Shown: positions 14,108 to 26,300 of the stretch, piece by piece
Position numbering within the stretch: position 1 is the first letter of the stretch
Layout of the letters: every line of letters begins with the position of its first letter
Assembly: GCA_964016885.1 (NCBI GenBank)
Contig: OZ024755.1
Location: forward strand, 29,698,001 to 29,762,000
Reading direction: 5' to 3'
DNA: 64,000 bases
DNA from: Eledone cirrhosa
Lineage: Eukaryota
Translations under genes and position numbers: made by a program
The notes under the pieces: model-generated
Told to the model about the DNA's origin: nothing
Databases searched by the model: none
Seen by the model: only the letters and a program-made list of their open reading frames with translations

Positions 14108-15080
14108 CCTTTGATGCAAAACTCCACCACTTGCAAACTGCGCATCAACACGAGGTACTTTTCTCCACCAAGTTCGATCACCAACAGCAGAGTTCAAAGA
14201 GCAAAGATCAAGTCCGGTCTATAGGTTGACATTATCAAGCCATTGTTTTGACTGCCGGCCTCTGCTTCTCTTTCCAGTCAACCTTCCTTTCGATCACGAA
14301 CAGCAGTGTTCAAAGAGCAAAGATCAAGTCCAGTCCATAAGTTGACATTGTCAAGCCATCGTTTTGACTGCCGGCCTCTGCTTCTCTTACCAGCCAACCT
14401 TCCTTCTAGTAATATATAATACCTTTCGATCACGAACAGCAGTGTTCAAAGAGCAAAGATCAAGTCCAGTCCATAAGTTGACATTGTCAAGCCATCGTTT
14501 TGACTGCCGGCCTCTGCTTCTCTTACCAGCCAACCTTCCTTCTAGTAATATATAATTGTTTCTACTTTTGGCACAAGACCAGCAATTACCCAGTACACTA
14601 CTGGTACTTTATTTTATCGACCCCATAAGGATGAAAGGCAAAGTTAACCTCGACGGGATTTGAACTCAAACCGTAAAGGGACGTAACTATGCTAGAAAGC
14701 ATGGCGTCCAACCCTCTACTGATACTGCCAATTCACAATACCTTTCGATCACGAACAGCAGTGTTCAAAGAGCAAAGATCAAGTCCAGTCCATAAGTTGA
14801 CATTGTCAAGCCATCGTTTTGGCTGCCGGCCCTTGCTTCTCTTACCAGCCAACCTTCCTTCCAGGCATAACCTACTCACACCACGAATTGATCTTTTTAT
14901 ATGACCGTATAGTTTGAGTATTCTTGACTTGACAATTGATGTAATTAGTCTAAGTCCGGTAATGTTGAGCAGCTCACTGATACAGATACGGTTGTGTTAT
15001 ATGGTCTTGACTGTATTAATTGGACGACAAGGTCACTTCAGAAGACATGTATACATGCCAGAAAATATGCACCTCCTTGT
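14108..15080 (-). mobile_element. RTE-clade LINE 3' relic with internal 4x tandem amplification of a ~116-135-bp segment
   Basis: Reverse complement matches 22950-23165 (EGRLAGKRSRGRQ..RWLDNV..WTGL). Units start ~14173, 14289, 14424 and 14743. Confidence 0.8.
14554..14736 (-). mobile_element. S1 SINE between tandem units 3 and 4
   Basis: Full-length family match. Confidence 0.9.
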
Positions 15081-15087
15081 TAATTGA

Positions 15088-15258
15088 AATAATTGTTTCT
15101 ACTTTTGGCATAAGGCTAGCACTTATCCCAGTTCATTACTGGTGCTTTATTTTATCGACCCTGTAATGATGAAAGGCAAAGCTAACCTCGGCGGGACTTG
15201 AGCTATAGCCCTATGTTGAAAAGCATGTAGTTTGACGCTCTACCAATACTGCCAATCC
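15088..15258 (-). mobile_element. S1 SINE with internal deletion
   Basis: Family match. Confidence 0.85.
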
Positions 15259-15259
15259 A

Positions 15260-15332
15260 AATCGATTAACGGATGTAATTGGATCCGCATCAGAAGGTGA
15301 GCATATCATCAAATCAAACCCAAGTAAACACA
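15260..15332 (-). mobile_element. Decayed paralogue of the 13786 hammerhead/pLTR
   Basis: aatcgattaacggatgtaattggatccgcatcagaagg aligns to aatcgattttcggacctaattgaatcctcatcagaagg; core mutated. Confidence 0.65.
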
Positions 15333-15859
15333 TAGTTGATAGGTAAATACTTCTTTACTATTAATATTATTTTGCAATGGTCCAGGTAGATAAGGAATTT
15401 TTTTTTATTGCTTTTATTATGGAAAAATGGACGGTATAATCCATTATACACTTAACATATTTACTGTAAAAGAGACAATATGGCTGGTAAACTATGGAAA
15501 GAATTCATAGATATAATCTATTATAGTCACAAACGTTAATCATAAGCCAACTCATGGGACAAAATCGACATGGAATAGCCACATAATTTATATTACATAT
15601 AGCTTTCGTTAGACAATTAACTGATAAATTCATTTTTATTATGTTTCGATCCACAGCTTAGTGGGCTTAAACCCCACAAAATGCGTTGTTTTCAATATGG
15701 AAAATAAAAATATAGTGCATGTTGTTTAGATTTGCCAGAGAACTGTCGTAGAGTGGTGGAATAAAATTAGTTAGATCATGTCTCGATTGTTGTTCCTCTT
15801 GACATAAACATAAAAATAATAGATACAAACTATGGCAATATTATAACTATTAAAATTAA

Positions 15860-15951
15860 GGGCGGTGGATTGGCAGTATCGGTGGAGGGTTGGACGCCAT
15901 GCTTTCCAGCATGGTTACGTCCCTTTACGATCTGAGTTCAAATCGCGCCGA
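15860..15951 (+). mobile_element. 5' half of an S1 SINE (A and B boxes only)
   Basis: ggcggtggattggcagtatcgg...gagttcaaatcgcgccgag, then an abrupt switch to other sequence. Confidence 0.88.
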
Positions 15952-16215
15952 GAACAGAAATGACGGGCGACAGGAGTATCCACACCGAGTCGTATGTCCC
16001 TCAGATGTTCGGCAAAACGGTCCGCCATACGACGTCCCGTTTGTCCGATATATAAAGACCCGCAAAGGGAACACCGGAGGGCATAGACAACGTGGGTGGA
16101 TGTGCAAGTGAAGGAATGGCGGATACGGAAAGACCCGTTAGGGATGTAAGAGTGGTGAGGGTGGAAATAAAGGGACAAGTGCTGCAGTGGGAACGGGAAC
16201 GGGAAAATGTGGTAC
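15952..16215 (-). pseudogene. PLE (Neptune-like) GIY-YIG endonuclease fragment
   Basis: SFTCTSTHVVYALRCSLCGSLYIGQTGRRMADRFAEHLRDIR..PVARHF; upstream CSTCPFI motif in another frame. Confidence 0.88.
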
Positions 16216-16549
16216 TAGTATCTACATTTATATTATATATATTTATATCTATATTTTTAAGCATTGGTCAATCAATGATAAACATTGATTGCCAGATAAA
16301 TTAACTATAGATATATATATATATAAATGTATATGTGTGTAAATATGCGCGCGTGTATGTGTATGTCTGTGAGTCTGTGTGTGTGTGTGTGTAAAATTTG
16401 TCGGCAATATACTTGATAAACTTTACATCTGGATAAAAATGATTGTTAAGAATCTAATTTAGAGAAGCTTATATGTATAACAATTCTTAACAATCTATTT
16501 CATTGGGATGCAAAAATATATTGCTGACTAATTTCACAGATATATCCCA

Positions 16550-16826
16550 AAAGTCAGCTCAGAAGTGACACAGAGGTGACTGAGGTTAGCTGGACATGCT
16601 CACCGACATCCAGAGTTGACATTGCACTCAGTGCTCCTGTCGGAGCCCCTACATGGACACACTAGAAGAGGAAGACCAAGGTTAACGTATGTTGATGCCC
16701 TAAGGACAGACACTGGTCTGTTGGAGACGCAGGACATGGCAGCGATAATGAGGGACAGAGACCGCTGGAGAGAACTCGCCCATGGATCTCGGGAATTTTA
16801 CCCGCCTTAGATAGATAGATAGATAT
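16550..16826 (+). mobile_element. RTE-type LINE 3' end with (AGAT)n tail
   Basis: LRLAGHAHRH...RRGRPRLTYVD.L..DTG......MRDR..WR. Confidence 0.75.
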
Positions 16827-17212
16827 ATGATATTTGCTACTCCTTAAATGATGAGCTTTCAGGCAGTTTATGGTGGCTGTTATATCTAGTAACAATTTTA
16901 TACATGTCTGTAATGTACAAATATACATTATTGTACACCATGCTGGATCAATGGACATATGAAATGTTCAGCATCAGGTGAATATATCTTTTTCTCATAA
17001 TATTAATCAGAAACTTCTCTGACTACCGGGCCAGTTCTGACAGGATGAACAGAGTTAATTAATTAAGATGGCCAATTCTGTTCTTTTGCTCATGAAACTG
17101 TAGTAAGGGGTAATTTGTTAAGCCTTCTAGTTTAAGGTTTATCAACGAAGACTCTTCCCCTAGGGTGAGATGCTTGTGAAGTTTTTATCTTTACTGGGGT
17201 CTACCGTTTTTG

Positions 17213-17413
<201 letters not shown>

Positions 17414-17476
17414 CTCGCGTAATCTTTTCAAATTCCACCCCGCTCGTCCCTTCAATCTATCTTATTTCTCATTCTT

Positions 17477-17512
17477 TCTTCTGATGAAAGACTACCATCC
17501 GAAACGTTAAGA
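17477..17512 (+). ncRNA. Minimal hammerhead motif with decayed stem II in a PLE 3' remnant (~17411-17600)
   Basis: TCTT-CTGATGA-aagactaccatcc-GAAA-CG-TT|AAGA. Confidence 0.6.
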
Positions 17513-17611
17513 TTCTCTTCCTGCTATTTCAATCGTTAATCTAATATATTCCTCCCATATACTGTACCGACTGTGTTGTTATTTCTGTTTACATTTTACA
17601 TATATAGGTAT

Positions 17612-17810
17612 GAGTAGGACCCCGACGGCTGAGCTCAAGCCGTTTCGACGTCTAATTCTGGACTAAGTCATTTAGTCCAGAATTAGCCGTCGAAACGGCT
17701 TGAGCTCAGCCGTCGGGATCCTACTCGTTCCTATTACCCACTCTACTACCCTAAGTATTGAGTACTTTGGTGCGTTATGGTCCACCTGGTTCCTTACCAC
17801 ATTTCCTCCG

Positions 17811-17813
<3 letters not shown>
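17612..17813 (+). mobile_element. PLE pLTR palindrome, family A (arms 17612-17726 centred on 17669, tail to 17813)
   Basis: Inverted arms with 2 mismatches; tail nearly identical to 1088-1170; GAAACGGC..GCCGTC half-hammerhead. Confidence 0.85.
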
Positions 17814-17858
<45 letters not shown>

Positions 17859-17863
<5 letters not shown>

Positions 17864-18106
17864 GTAAGTTTCTACACAAAACGAAGGTTATAGAGAAAAT
17901 TGAGGTTGGTAATGGCACATGGAATATATAAGAGACAGAATACTTTTTTGTGAAAAAACATATAATTTTATAAGGTAAGGAAAGAATAAAGGGTATAAAA
18001 AAAATACCCTTTATTCTTTCCTTACCTTATAAAATTATATGTTTTTTCACAAAAAAGTATTCTGTCTCATATATTCCATGTGCCATTACCAACCACAATT
18101 TTCTCT
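17859..18106 (-). mobile_element. PLE pLTR palindrome, family C (arms 17892-17996/18004-18106, tail 17859-17891)
   Basis: ~105-bp inverted arms around an A7 loop; homologous to 30024-30135. Confidence 0.85.
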
Positions 18107-18113
18107 CTCTCTT

Positions 18114-18207
<94 letters not shown>

Positions 18208-19139
18208 CTAAACTTAATGATGGTAAAACTAATTGAGAAGGAAAGGACGTAAGCTGTGGTAGTCAAGACGGTATTTCTAGGGTATATCTTGATGTGAGAA
18301 ATAATGTAACTTCTTTAAAAGTAGCTGAAATGCCTATAAAGCTATCTCTGCAGTCTTATAGGAATAGATGCATTCCATGGGGACAATATGGTGGACGCTT
18401 TAGAATCTGAAGTAATATGGAAAAAATAAAGATATAAATATTGTAGTTGTTGGTCGAGTTATTGTGATTCTCATATTTGGTAATATCAAAAGCTTAAAGA
18501 TAGAACTCTTTTACCTATTTTAATTATCTATGTATGTCGCTGATTTCACATACTGGTGTTTGATGCTTCTCATCGCCTTCTATTAAGATTTCTAAGTATC
18601 ATATCAAAATCACAAATCATTTCTCTCTCATTCTCTTTCTCACGCTGTGTCTCTTTCTCTAACTCCCACTTTATAACTCTTTCTTTTTCTCTCTCTCTCT
18701 CTCTCTCTCTCGCTTTCTCTCTCTCTCTCTCTCTCTCGCTTTCTTTCTCTCTCGCTTTCTTTCTTTCTCTCTCTCATTATCTTCCTTTAAACAGATAATT
18801 TTCAAAGCCATATAGCAGAGAATTAATAAAAGACAAGAATTCTTAGCTATAGGAAAGGAGATGATGAAAAAAAACTGAAATGGTTGTTTAAAGAATAATG
18901 ATCCAGTGTCTTACATTAAAATCCCATTTTCAAACTCATGAAATTCGAAGAAGTGCCAAACTGAATCCACTGCGTGAATAATAATACTCAAGAGGCTTGA
19001 ATTAAATATAACATTTTCATATAAGTATTTCTGAAAATTGTTATACAGATGAGACCCTTTAAGAAAGCTATCCACGTGAAAACAAACTCGCCATATTTCT
19101 TATTCATACATCCCACTTGAAATTAAATACAGTGGAATG

Positions 19140-19322
19140 GCTCTTCCAGCGCATATCCCTTGCCATCCTCCGGGGAAACGCCTTCTCCATTCCGTCCGCC
19201 GGGGCTGTGGGGAGGCCGGCACGTGGGACCCCATATGCACATAATACAGAGAGATAGGGAGGGCGAGAGAGATGGAGTTTATGACAGTGGGTGTTCGGCT
19301 TTTCCGTGTGCCAGATTATCAT
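19140..19322 (-). repeat. Unclassified GC-rich dispersed repeat; second copy ~25401-25540 (+)
   Basis: ggaaaagccgaacacccactgtcat...atggggtcccacgtg..ggcctcccca shared by both loci. Confidence 0.65.
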
Positions 19323-19864
19323 AGATCTTTAATTATAAATAAGAGATTAATCATTTAAGTAAATACTCTCTCACTCTCCATAAATATCTACACTTATCTC
19401 TCCCAATCCCCCTTTGTATATCAATTACCACCAAACCATCCCCCTCTCAATAAATGTCTTGTAGATGATGTTTTTATATTCTGGGGCTTTGTTTCTAACA
19501 GTTGAAGCCTAATGTGGGTACAGGCTGTGTTGGATTATTTGCTTTAATTAACACTAGGAAGTAATGTATAGGTACATATCCAACAAGCTTGAGAATAGCG
19601 ACAGCATTAACAGAAAGGGCAGTCCCTGGATAGATTTACCTTCTCTATTCAGGGAAAACTGATAACTATAACTGACCAATCAAAACAAAACATGCTATTA
19701 AAGTGAGGGAAGAAAGAAAATGGAAAGGAGAAAAAGAAAAAAGTATCGAGTGCCGTAAGAAAAGGAGATTGGGAGGGACAGTCACTACACTCCAGTCTGA
19801 GAGGTGCCATATGTAAGAGTTGGCAGGAATACAGATTTGAACACAGCGAGTCTGGCTTTTACAT

Positions 19865-20045
19865 CTAACCCCTTTCTACTGCACCAGCTTCCGAGTTGCT
19901 TGTATATAATTTAGCCTCCTGACTTCTATCATTCGTGAACAAGGCCCCGAGATGTTTGAACTTCTCCACCTGCTTCCATGTAACTCCAATTTCATGTAGA
20001 GTACATTGAGCAGGCTTCCAGGAGAGCACGAATGTCTCAATCGTT
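19865..20045 (-). pseudogene. RTE LINE RT C-terminal fragment
   Basis: KQVEKFKHLGALFTND resembles the RTE VE.FKYLG..FT.D motif. Confidence 0.6.
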
Positions 20046-20819
20046 GCAACAGACCTATCAATTTTATGTTGGAAGTCCCCCTTTGCAAATTCCAGCCGAC
20101 TGATCTTACATCCGCCAGTCTTGATACCACTACTAACCCAGTTGGTAAACTTCCTCAGTTTGTTCAAGGATTTCTCTGAGTTTGAATGCAATATTTTCCT
20201 CATAACTGGTGATGACATCCTTATCAGCCAGAACTTCCCAGTTTAACCTGTGGGTCAATTTTGAACTACCATTTTCTTTAGGTAGGCTCAAATTGCGGAT
20301 AATTAGATGGTGATCAGTTGACAGCTCTCTCTTTTAACATGAACATCCAACACAGAAACGAAGAGATCAGATAGAATAACAAAACCAATTACTGATCTCT
20401 TCGGCCGTATATATTTCTGGATATCTTTGCGCTGGAAGAAGGTGATCATAAGGGAAGGCCATTACTAAAACGCAAATCTAATACGGCGTTTGCGTTCGTG
20501 GTTAGATTGGGTTCGCCCTTCCTTCTAATCACTCCTTTCCGTGTCAGGTGGTCAGAGCTAACATGTGCATTGTAGTAAATTAGAATATATGACTCAGTCC
20601 TAACTACATCAACATTGCAGTGGTTTCATCATTGAAGGATCTCTATATAGACTCATTTTCGTGCATAAACTTGCACCACCCACAGAGACGTTTCTTTAAG
20701 CCTAATTATCAAGGGGTAACTCCTCCTTCCCAATGGATTCTAGTCTATGATACCTTCCGAGAGCCATGGACACCTGAGTATCTCCTATCCCAACTGTGCC
20801 GTCATTTCTGTCACCACAC

Positions 20820-20975
20820 CTGAATAGAGGAGTTTCCATCCTCCAACCAAATCTACCCTACCAGTGACATAGAATTTGTTAAGGAAACCCCATCTACACC
20901 GAGCAGGTAGTGGCTGGCCTCCTCCACTACGTCCTGCTCTTTGCCTTTAAGGGCTCTAAAGTTCCATTTGACATT
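20820..20975 (-). pseudogene. RTE LINE apurinic-endonuclease N-terminal fragment
   Basis: WNFRALKGKEQDVVEE...Y.LGVDGVS resembles the TWNVR.L.GKE.ELV.E motif. Confidence 0.5.
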
Positions 20976-21269
20976 TGTTGAGGGTTGCTTTCTTTCTGGA
21001 ACCCTCTTTGTGTTCCCTTGATATATATAGAGAATTTCTAGAGATGCCTGCAACTGCATGCCTGTATAGGACTCACGCACTTATACACAGAATATTCACG
21101 CACACATATACACAGAAACATTCGTGGACTAACGTGACATATAATCCCATGACGCTATGTACATATGCCCATTATATACACATACTAGCTCAATCACTTA
21201 TTTACAAAAGCTTATCTTCCCTTTGCTTTTGGTGCTACAGTTGCTGCTCTTTGTAATGTTGATGTTTAA

Positions 21270-21684
21270 CCCTTTAGCATTTAAACCGGCAATAGCCGGC
21301 CAGAATTCTCTCATCTCTTTCTGTTCAAACCGGCTGTAACAGGCCACTCCTACTGATGTTAGGGTGTTGTTCTGAAATGAAATAATTGTTTCTACTTTAG
21401 GCACAAGGCCAGCAATTATCCAGTGCATTACTGGTACTTTATTTTATCGACCCCGTAAGGATGAAAGGCAAAGTCAACCTCGGCGGGATTTGAACTCAGA
21501 TCGTAAAGGGACGTAACTATGCTGGAAAGCATGGCGTCCGACCCTCTATCGATACTGCCAATCCACCGCCCTCACCGTTCTCAAATGAAATAATATCAAA
21601 ATCTCGTAGATTCGAATTATGTGGGGTAAAGTCTTTACCCAGAAAATACCATAGTATATATAGAGTAATGTAAATGCTAAAGGG
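21270..21684. mobile_element. piggyBac-like MITE with TTAA TSD, interrupted by a SINE
   Basis: TTAA|CCCTTTAGCATTTA...TAAATGCTAAAGGG|TTAA, a perfect 14-bp TIR. Confidence 0.85.
21384..21572 (-). mobile_element. S1 SINE with ~18-bp TSD
   Basis: gttct(g/c)aaatgaaataat on both sides. Confidence 0.92.
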
Positions 21685-21792
21685 TTAATTTAATGTTGGT
21701 ATTGCCGCTATTGCTGTTTGAGTTGTTGTTGTTGTTACCGTTGCCTGTCTCTTGGCCCCTTGATCATAGACCATTAATCCTTCTTTTTGTTT

Positions 21793-21851
21793 TAAGACAG
21801 TGGGCTATAAGACAGTGGGCTATAAGACAGTGGGCTCTAAGACAGTGGGCT
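21793..21851. repeat. 15-bp tandem repeat x4
   Basis: taagacagtgggct(a/c) repeated. Confidence 0.9.
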
Positions 21852-22949
21852 TGAGGAAAATTCAAATGTTATCTATCTCTAGTAGATAGTGGGTCCCACG
21901 TGGTCGTCTGTTTGTTTGGAATCCCAATTCTTGTTATTTCACATTACATAGGTTGGCAATGTCCGTGGGAAAAGTATTGCCTGTTCAATTTCCCTTCTCC
22001 CACGCACCTATCAATTAATGGGGCTGGTATCTATATCGATGTTGTAAAGAATTCTTTTAATTGGATATTTCTGATACTGTATTTACTGGTAAATCTTTAT
22101 TAACATTGCTTTATACCACGCCCTTTTCTTTTCCCCCTCCTACTTTTCTTCTTCGTCTTCTTCTTCACCAGTTTTTTCTCCTTTATTTTTCTCTCCTCTT
22201 CTTTCCTTCTTTTCTCATTTTCATTTCTGTATTCTTTTTTTCTACACTTTCTATTTCATTTCTTTTCTTCTTCACTTCTTACTTTTCCTCTCCATTCACT
22301 CATCATGCTTCCCCACCTCCTCGTCTTCATGTAACATTTCCTTTCTTCTCTTCTTTATCCTCATCTCCTCCTCTTTCTGTTTCTGCTCCTCCTTTCATTT
22401 TCTCTTCTCTCATCTTCCTACTTTCTTTTCTTCTCTCTTCCCGCTAAATGTTCATCTGTTCATCTGTGGTTTCTTGTTCATACAAAATTAGCTTTTGTTT
22501 GCTATTTGGTAATAACTGAGAGGGTTTCAGAAATTCATGACCATTGTGAACATTTGTCGAGTTTGACATTACATGTCTTCTTTATTCTACTATAACCAAA
22601 ATAATATTATTGATCACTACTAGTTAATCTGCTGCAATGATTGATAATGCAATCAGCCAATCTAAACTTTGATGATATTTAATTTCAAATAAAATGTTGT
22701 TTCTCTTATTAATGGTAATAAGGAGAATCGCAATAAAGAAACTGCTTTGGGTTTTACTATTAATTATTACCAGTTAGGAATAGCAAAGTCAGTTAAAATG
22801 CCGTATAGTATTAGTTACGTGTTTGTATATTTTAAGTTCAGATCTCACCTAAGGTTAGACCTTGCCTTCCATCTTTCTGAGATCGATAAATAAATAGCAA
22901 TAAACTTTGTAGTTATGATCCAAGAGTACTCAAACTATACTTTTATATA

Positions 22950-23176
22950 AAAAGATCAACTCGTGGTGTGAATAGGTTATGCCTGGAAGGAAGGTTAGCT
23001 GGTAAGAGAAGCCGAGGCCGGCAGCCAAAACGATGGCTTGATAATGTCACCTTATGGACTGGACTTGATCTTTGCTCTTTAAGCTCTACTGCTGATGATC
23101 GAACTTTGTGGAGAGAGATATCACATGTTGATGCGCTGTCTGCAACTGACAGAGTTTAGCGTCACGAATAAATGAT
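22950..23176 (+). mobile_element. RTE (BovB-like) LINE 3' end
   Basis: LEGRLAGKRSRGRQPKRWLDNV..WTG.......ADDR.LWR. Confidence 0.8.
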
Positions 23177-23726
23177 CCCATAAAATCCATCCTGAAAATG
23201 TGTTCCATAGATTTTATGATAGAAATGTCATAAGCTAACAGGATCGTGTAGAAGAACTATCATAAAAGGTGTTGCGATACTTAACAAAGACCATACATTC
23301 AGGAACTAAGCGATGTATGCTGCTCTCCAACCAACTACTTTATTTCATATTGCTTTATTTTATCCCTCTCAACAGAATTTATGAATAACTGTAGCGGCTA
23401 CGGGTTTGCTTTGCGGCGGATTGACGTCACCTTCAGGCGAAGGATTCATGAACTTAGTCTCTTAAGGTTTATGAAGCCGAGATAAACTCCTGTCGAAATG
23501 TTATTTCTTTTCTTATGTATAAGTACGAGCAATAATTAAAGTACTTCTAATTCTGAAATATGTTTATTTCCTTAATGCTTGAAGTTGAAACTAATCGAGT
23601 CAGTTACAGAGGAATCACTGACATCAAATGTATAAATTTATACGCAATACATTCAACTATTTACAGCTCAAAAACAAAGTTCAATGCGATAGACTTGAAA
23701 ATCAGAATACTTGGAAACTAAACTAA

Positions 23727-23920
23727 ATAATTGTTTCTACTTTTGGCACAAGGCCAGCAATTACCCCCAGTGCATTACTGGTGCTTTATTTTATTGACCT
23801 CGTAAGGATGAAAGGCAAAGTTAACCTCAGAGGGATTTGAACTCAAAACGTAAAGGACCATGATTCTATGCTGCAAAGCATGGTGTCTGACGCTCTACCG
23901 ATACTGCCAATACACCGCCC
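23727..23920 (-). mobile_element. S1 SINE
   Basis: Family match. Confidence 0.9.
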
Positions 23921-23935
23921 TAAATTAAACTAAAC

Positions 23936-24122
23936 GATTGTTTCTACTTTTGGCACAAGGCCATCAATTACCGCAGTACATTACTGGTACTTTATTTTAT
24001 CGACCCCGTAAGGATGAAAGGCAAAGTTAACCTCGTCGGGATTTGAACTCAGACTGTAAAGGGACGTAACTATGCTAGAGAGCACAGCGTCCAACCCTCT
24101 ACCGATACTGCCAATTCACCGC
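23936..24122 (-). mobile_element. S1 SINE in tandem with the previous copy
   Basis: Family match. Confidence 0.9.
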
Positions 24123-24419
24123 TCAATCCAAAATAAATAATGCAGGCGATTTAGATCTGGATGGAGTTCTCGGGTTTCTATCAGCTCTTGCCTTTAATAT
24201 ATCAACTGAACCATGTTGTGTATAAGAAGGGGCGAACAGAATATAGAGTTATTTTAATAATTCCATGCAAAGCCACTTTATGACCTTCAACCATTTTTTT
24301 TTTTTTTTATTCCCGAGGATATCCATCACAATCGAAGAAATAATATCAACTGAAGATGGAAATAGGTTCCATGTCTCGACTCACTGAAAACTAACCTTTT
24401 ATTGGACGGTGTTCAAAGA

Positions 24420-24426
24420 AAAGAAA

Positions 24427-24514
<88 letters not shown>

Positions 24515-24680
24515 AAAAACAAAGAAAAAAACAAAGAAAAACAGAAAAACAAAGGAAACAAAGAAGGAAAAAAGGAAACAAAGAAACAAAGAAAAGAAAC
24601 AAACAAACAAAGAAAGCAAAGAAATATAGAAAAAGAAAGAAAGGTAAGAAACAAAGAAACAAAGAAATAAAGAAAGAAAG
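24420..24680. repeat. (GAAA)n microsatellite and decayed purine-rich extension
   Basis: Direct reading. Confidence 0.92.
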
Positions 24681-24879
24681 AATGACTTGAGATGGAAACA
24701 AAGACATCTACAAAAAGAGTGGATAAGAGAGAAATATAATTTTTAAAGAGGTAAAAAGAGAAGAGAAACAACTGCAGAATAAAATAAGTTATTTAACTTA
24801 TTTTATTCCGCATAAAATAAACTGTATGATTGGCTAGTTAAGTTATATATACATAATGTACATGATTGAGTTTATACAT

Positions 24880-25070
24880 AATTGTTTCTACTATTGGCAC
24901 AAGGCCAGAAATTACCCAGTACATTACTGGTACTTTATTTTATCGACCCCGTAAGGATGAAAGGCAAAGTTAACCTCGGCGGGATTTGAACTCAGAATGG
25001 CAAGGGCCGTAACTCTATGCGCCAAAGCATGGCGTCCGACCCTCTACCGATACTGCCAATCCACCGCCCC
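24880..25070 (-). mobile_element. S1 SINE with 17-bp TSD
   Basis: ttgagtttatacataat on both sides. Confidence 0.93.
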
Positions 25071-25125
25071 TTTTGAGTTTATACATAATCAGACTCATTA
25101 ACTGCTTAATGAACACAACCACAAG

Positions 25126-25392
25126 CGAGGGCTTTGTTTCAGGGGGGGGGGGGGATTTAACAGGGGACAAGCCTCTCCCAATTTTTCAAACGTCTATATT
25201 TTTTGTTTATTTGATATGATAAATTCCTTTTAACCTTATTTTTTTTTTTTATATCTGAACTTCATTTCAATATGTAGAATGTTCCTTATGTGATAGGGTC
25301 CAGGAGAGGCACCATAAGCAATTTATGCTCCTTTAAGAATCAACAAATGTAGGTTTGTCCCCCTCACATTTTCAATGCAAACGAGGCTCCTG
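25126..25392. mobile_element. hAT-like MITE with 8-bp TSD
   Basis: TSD accacaag at 25118-25125 and 25393-25400; degenerate TIR (right end reads CAGG on the minus strand); subterminal ggggacaagcct/aggtttgtcccc. Confidence 0.7.
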
Positions 25393-26112
25393 ACCACAAG
25401 GATATGGTCCGAACGTGGAAGAGCCGAACTCCCACTGTCATCGCCCCCATCTTACTCGCCCCCTCCCCCCCTCTCATCTCTCCGTATGGTGAGCAAATGG
25501 GGTCCCACGTGCTAGGCCTCCCCATAGTCCCGACGGCCAGAATTTATTCTAATGACGGAGAAAGGAAGTGTGAAAGTCATGAGCTTGGCGCAATAGCAAA
25601 ACGTTAGACTAGAACAGTATCTATTTCCTATTTCTTTTTACACTTTATATTTTACATTTAACAGCTTTTTCTTTCTTTCTTTTAGCAAACTGCAGCATGA
25701 ATGCAGATAGCCGGGTGTCTTACACGTACATTTGTTATGTATTTCTATATACATATATTGTGTTTCATTTGAAAGTGTCCACCTCAAGTTTCAATCAGTA
25801 ACTCTCTATATCATAATATACTTCAGTCGATTAGGCGCCTGTAAGCAATCGAAAGGATAGCATTATTGCCCACGCTTTTCTTCTAAGACGAAATGGCCAC
25901 ACATTAAAAACAAATAGGAATGAGAATATGTTTATCAGATACAAGGCAAAAGTAATAAATAATTTCTCTTTTATCACATTTATGTTTTCGAGGTGGGGAA
26001 ACTAACGATAGGCGCTACACACATGCGCAAACGTGCAACCACACATATGCCTAAATACGTGATAGATAGATACATAGAGAGAGAGAGAGAGAGAGATATT
26101 ATTGTATGCATA

Positions 26113-26300
26113 GGGTGGTGGATTGGCAGTATCGGTAGAGGGCCGGACGCCATGCTTTCCAGCATAGTTACGTCCCTTTACGATCTGAGTTCAAATCCCG
26201 CCGAGGTTGACTTTGCCTTTCATCCTTACGGAGTCGATAAAATAAAGTACCAGTAATGCACTGGATAATTGCTGGCCTTGTGCCTAAAGTAGAAACAATT
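26113..26300 (+). mobile_element. S1 SINE with ~15-bp TSD
   Basis: attattgtatgcata on both sides. Confidence 0.93.

Noticed and set aside
14173-14861. Regularly spaced repeats suggestive of a CRISPR array
   Set aside because: Units are ~125-bp LINE-derived sequence without unique spacers, in a eukaryotic context.
23390-23440. Minus-strand ctgaaggtgacg...cgccgcaaa resembling a decayed hammerhead
   Set aside because: Core too degenerate and no supporting paralogue.
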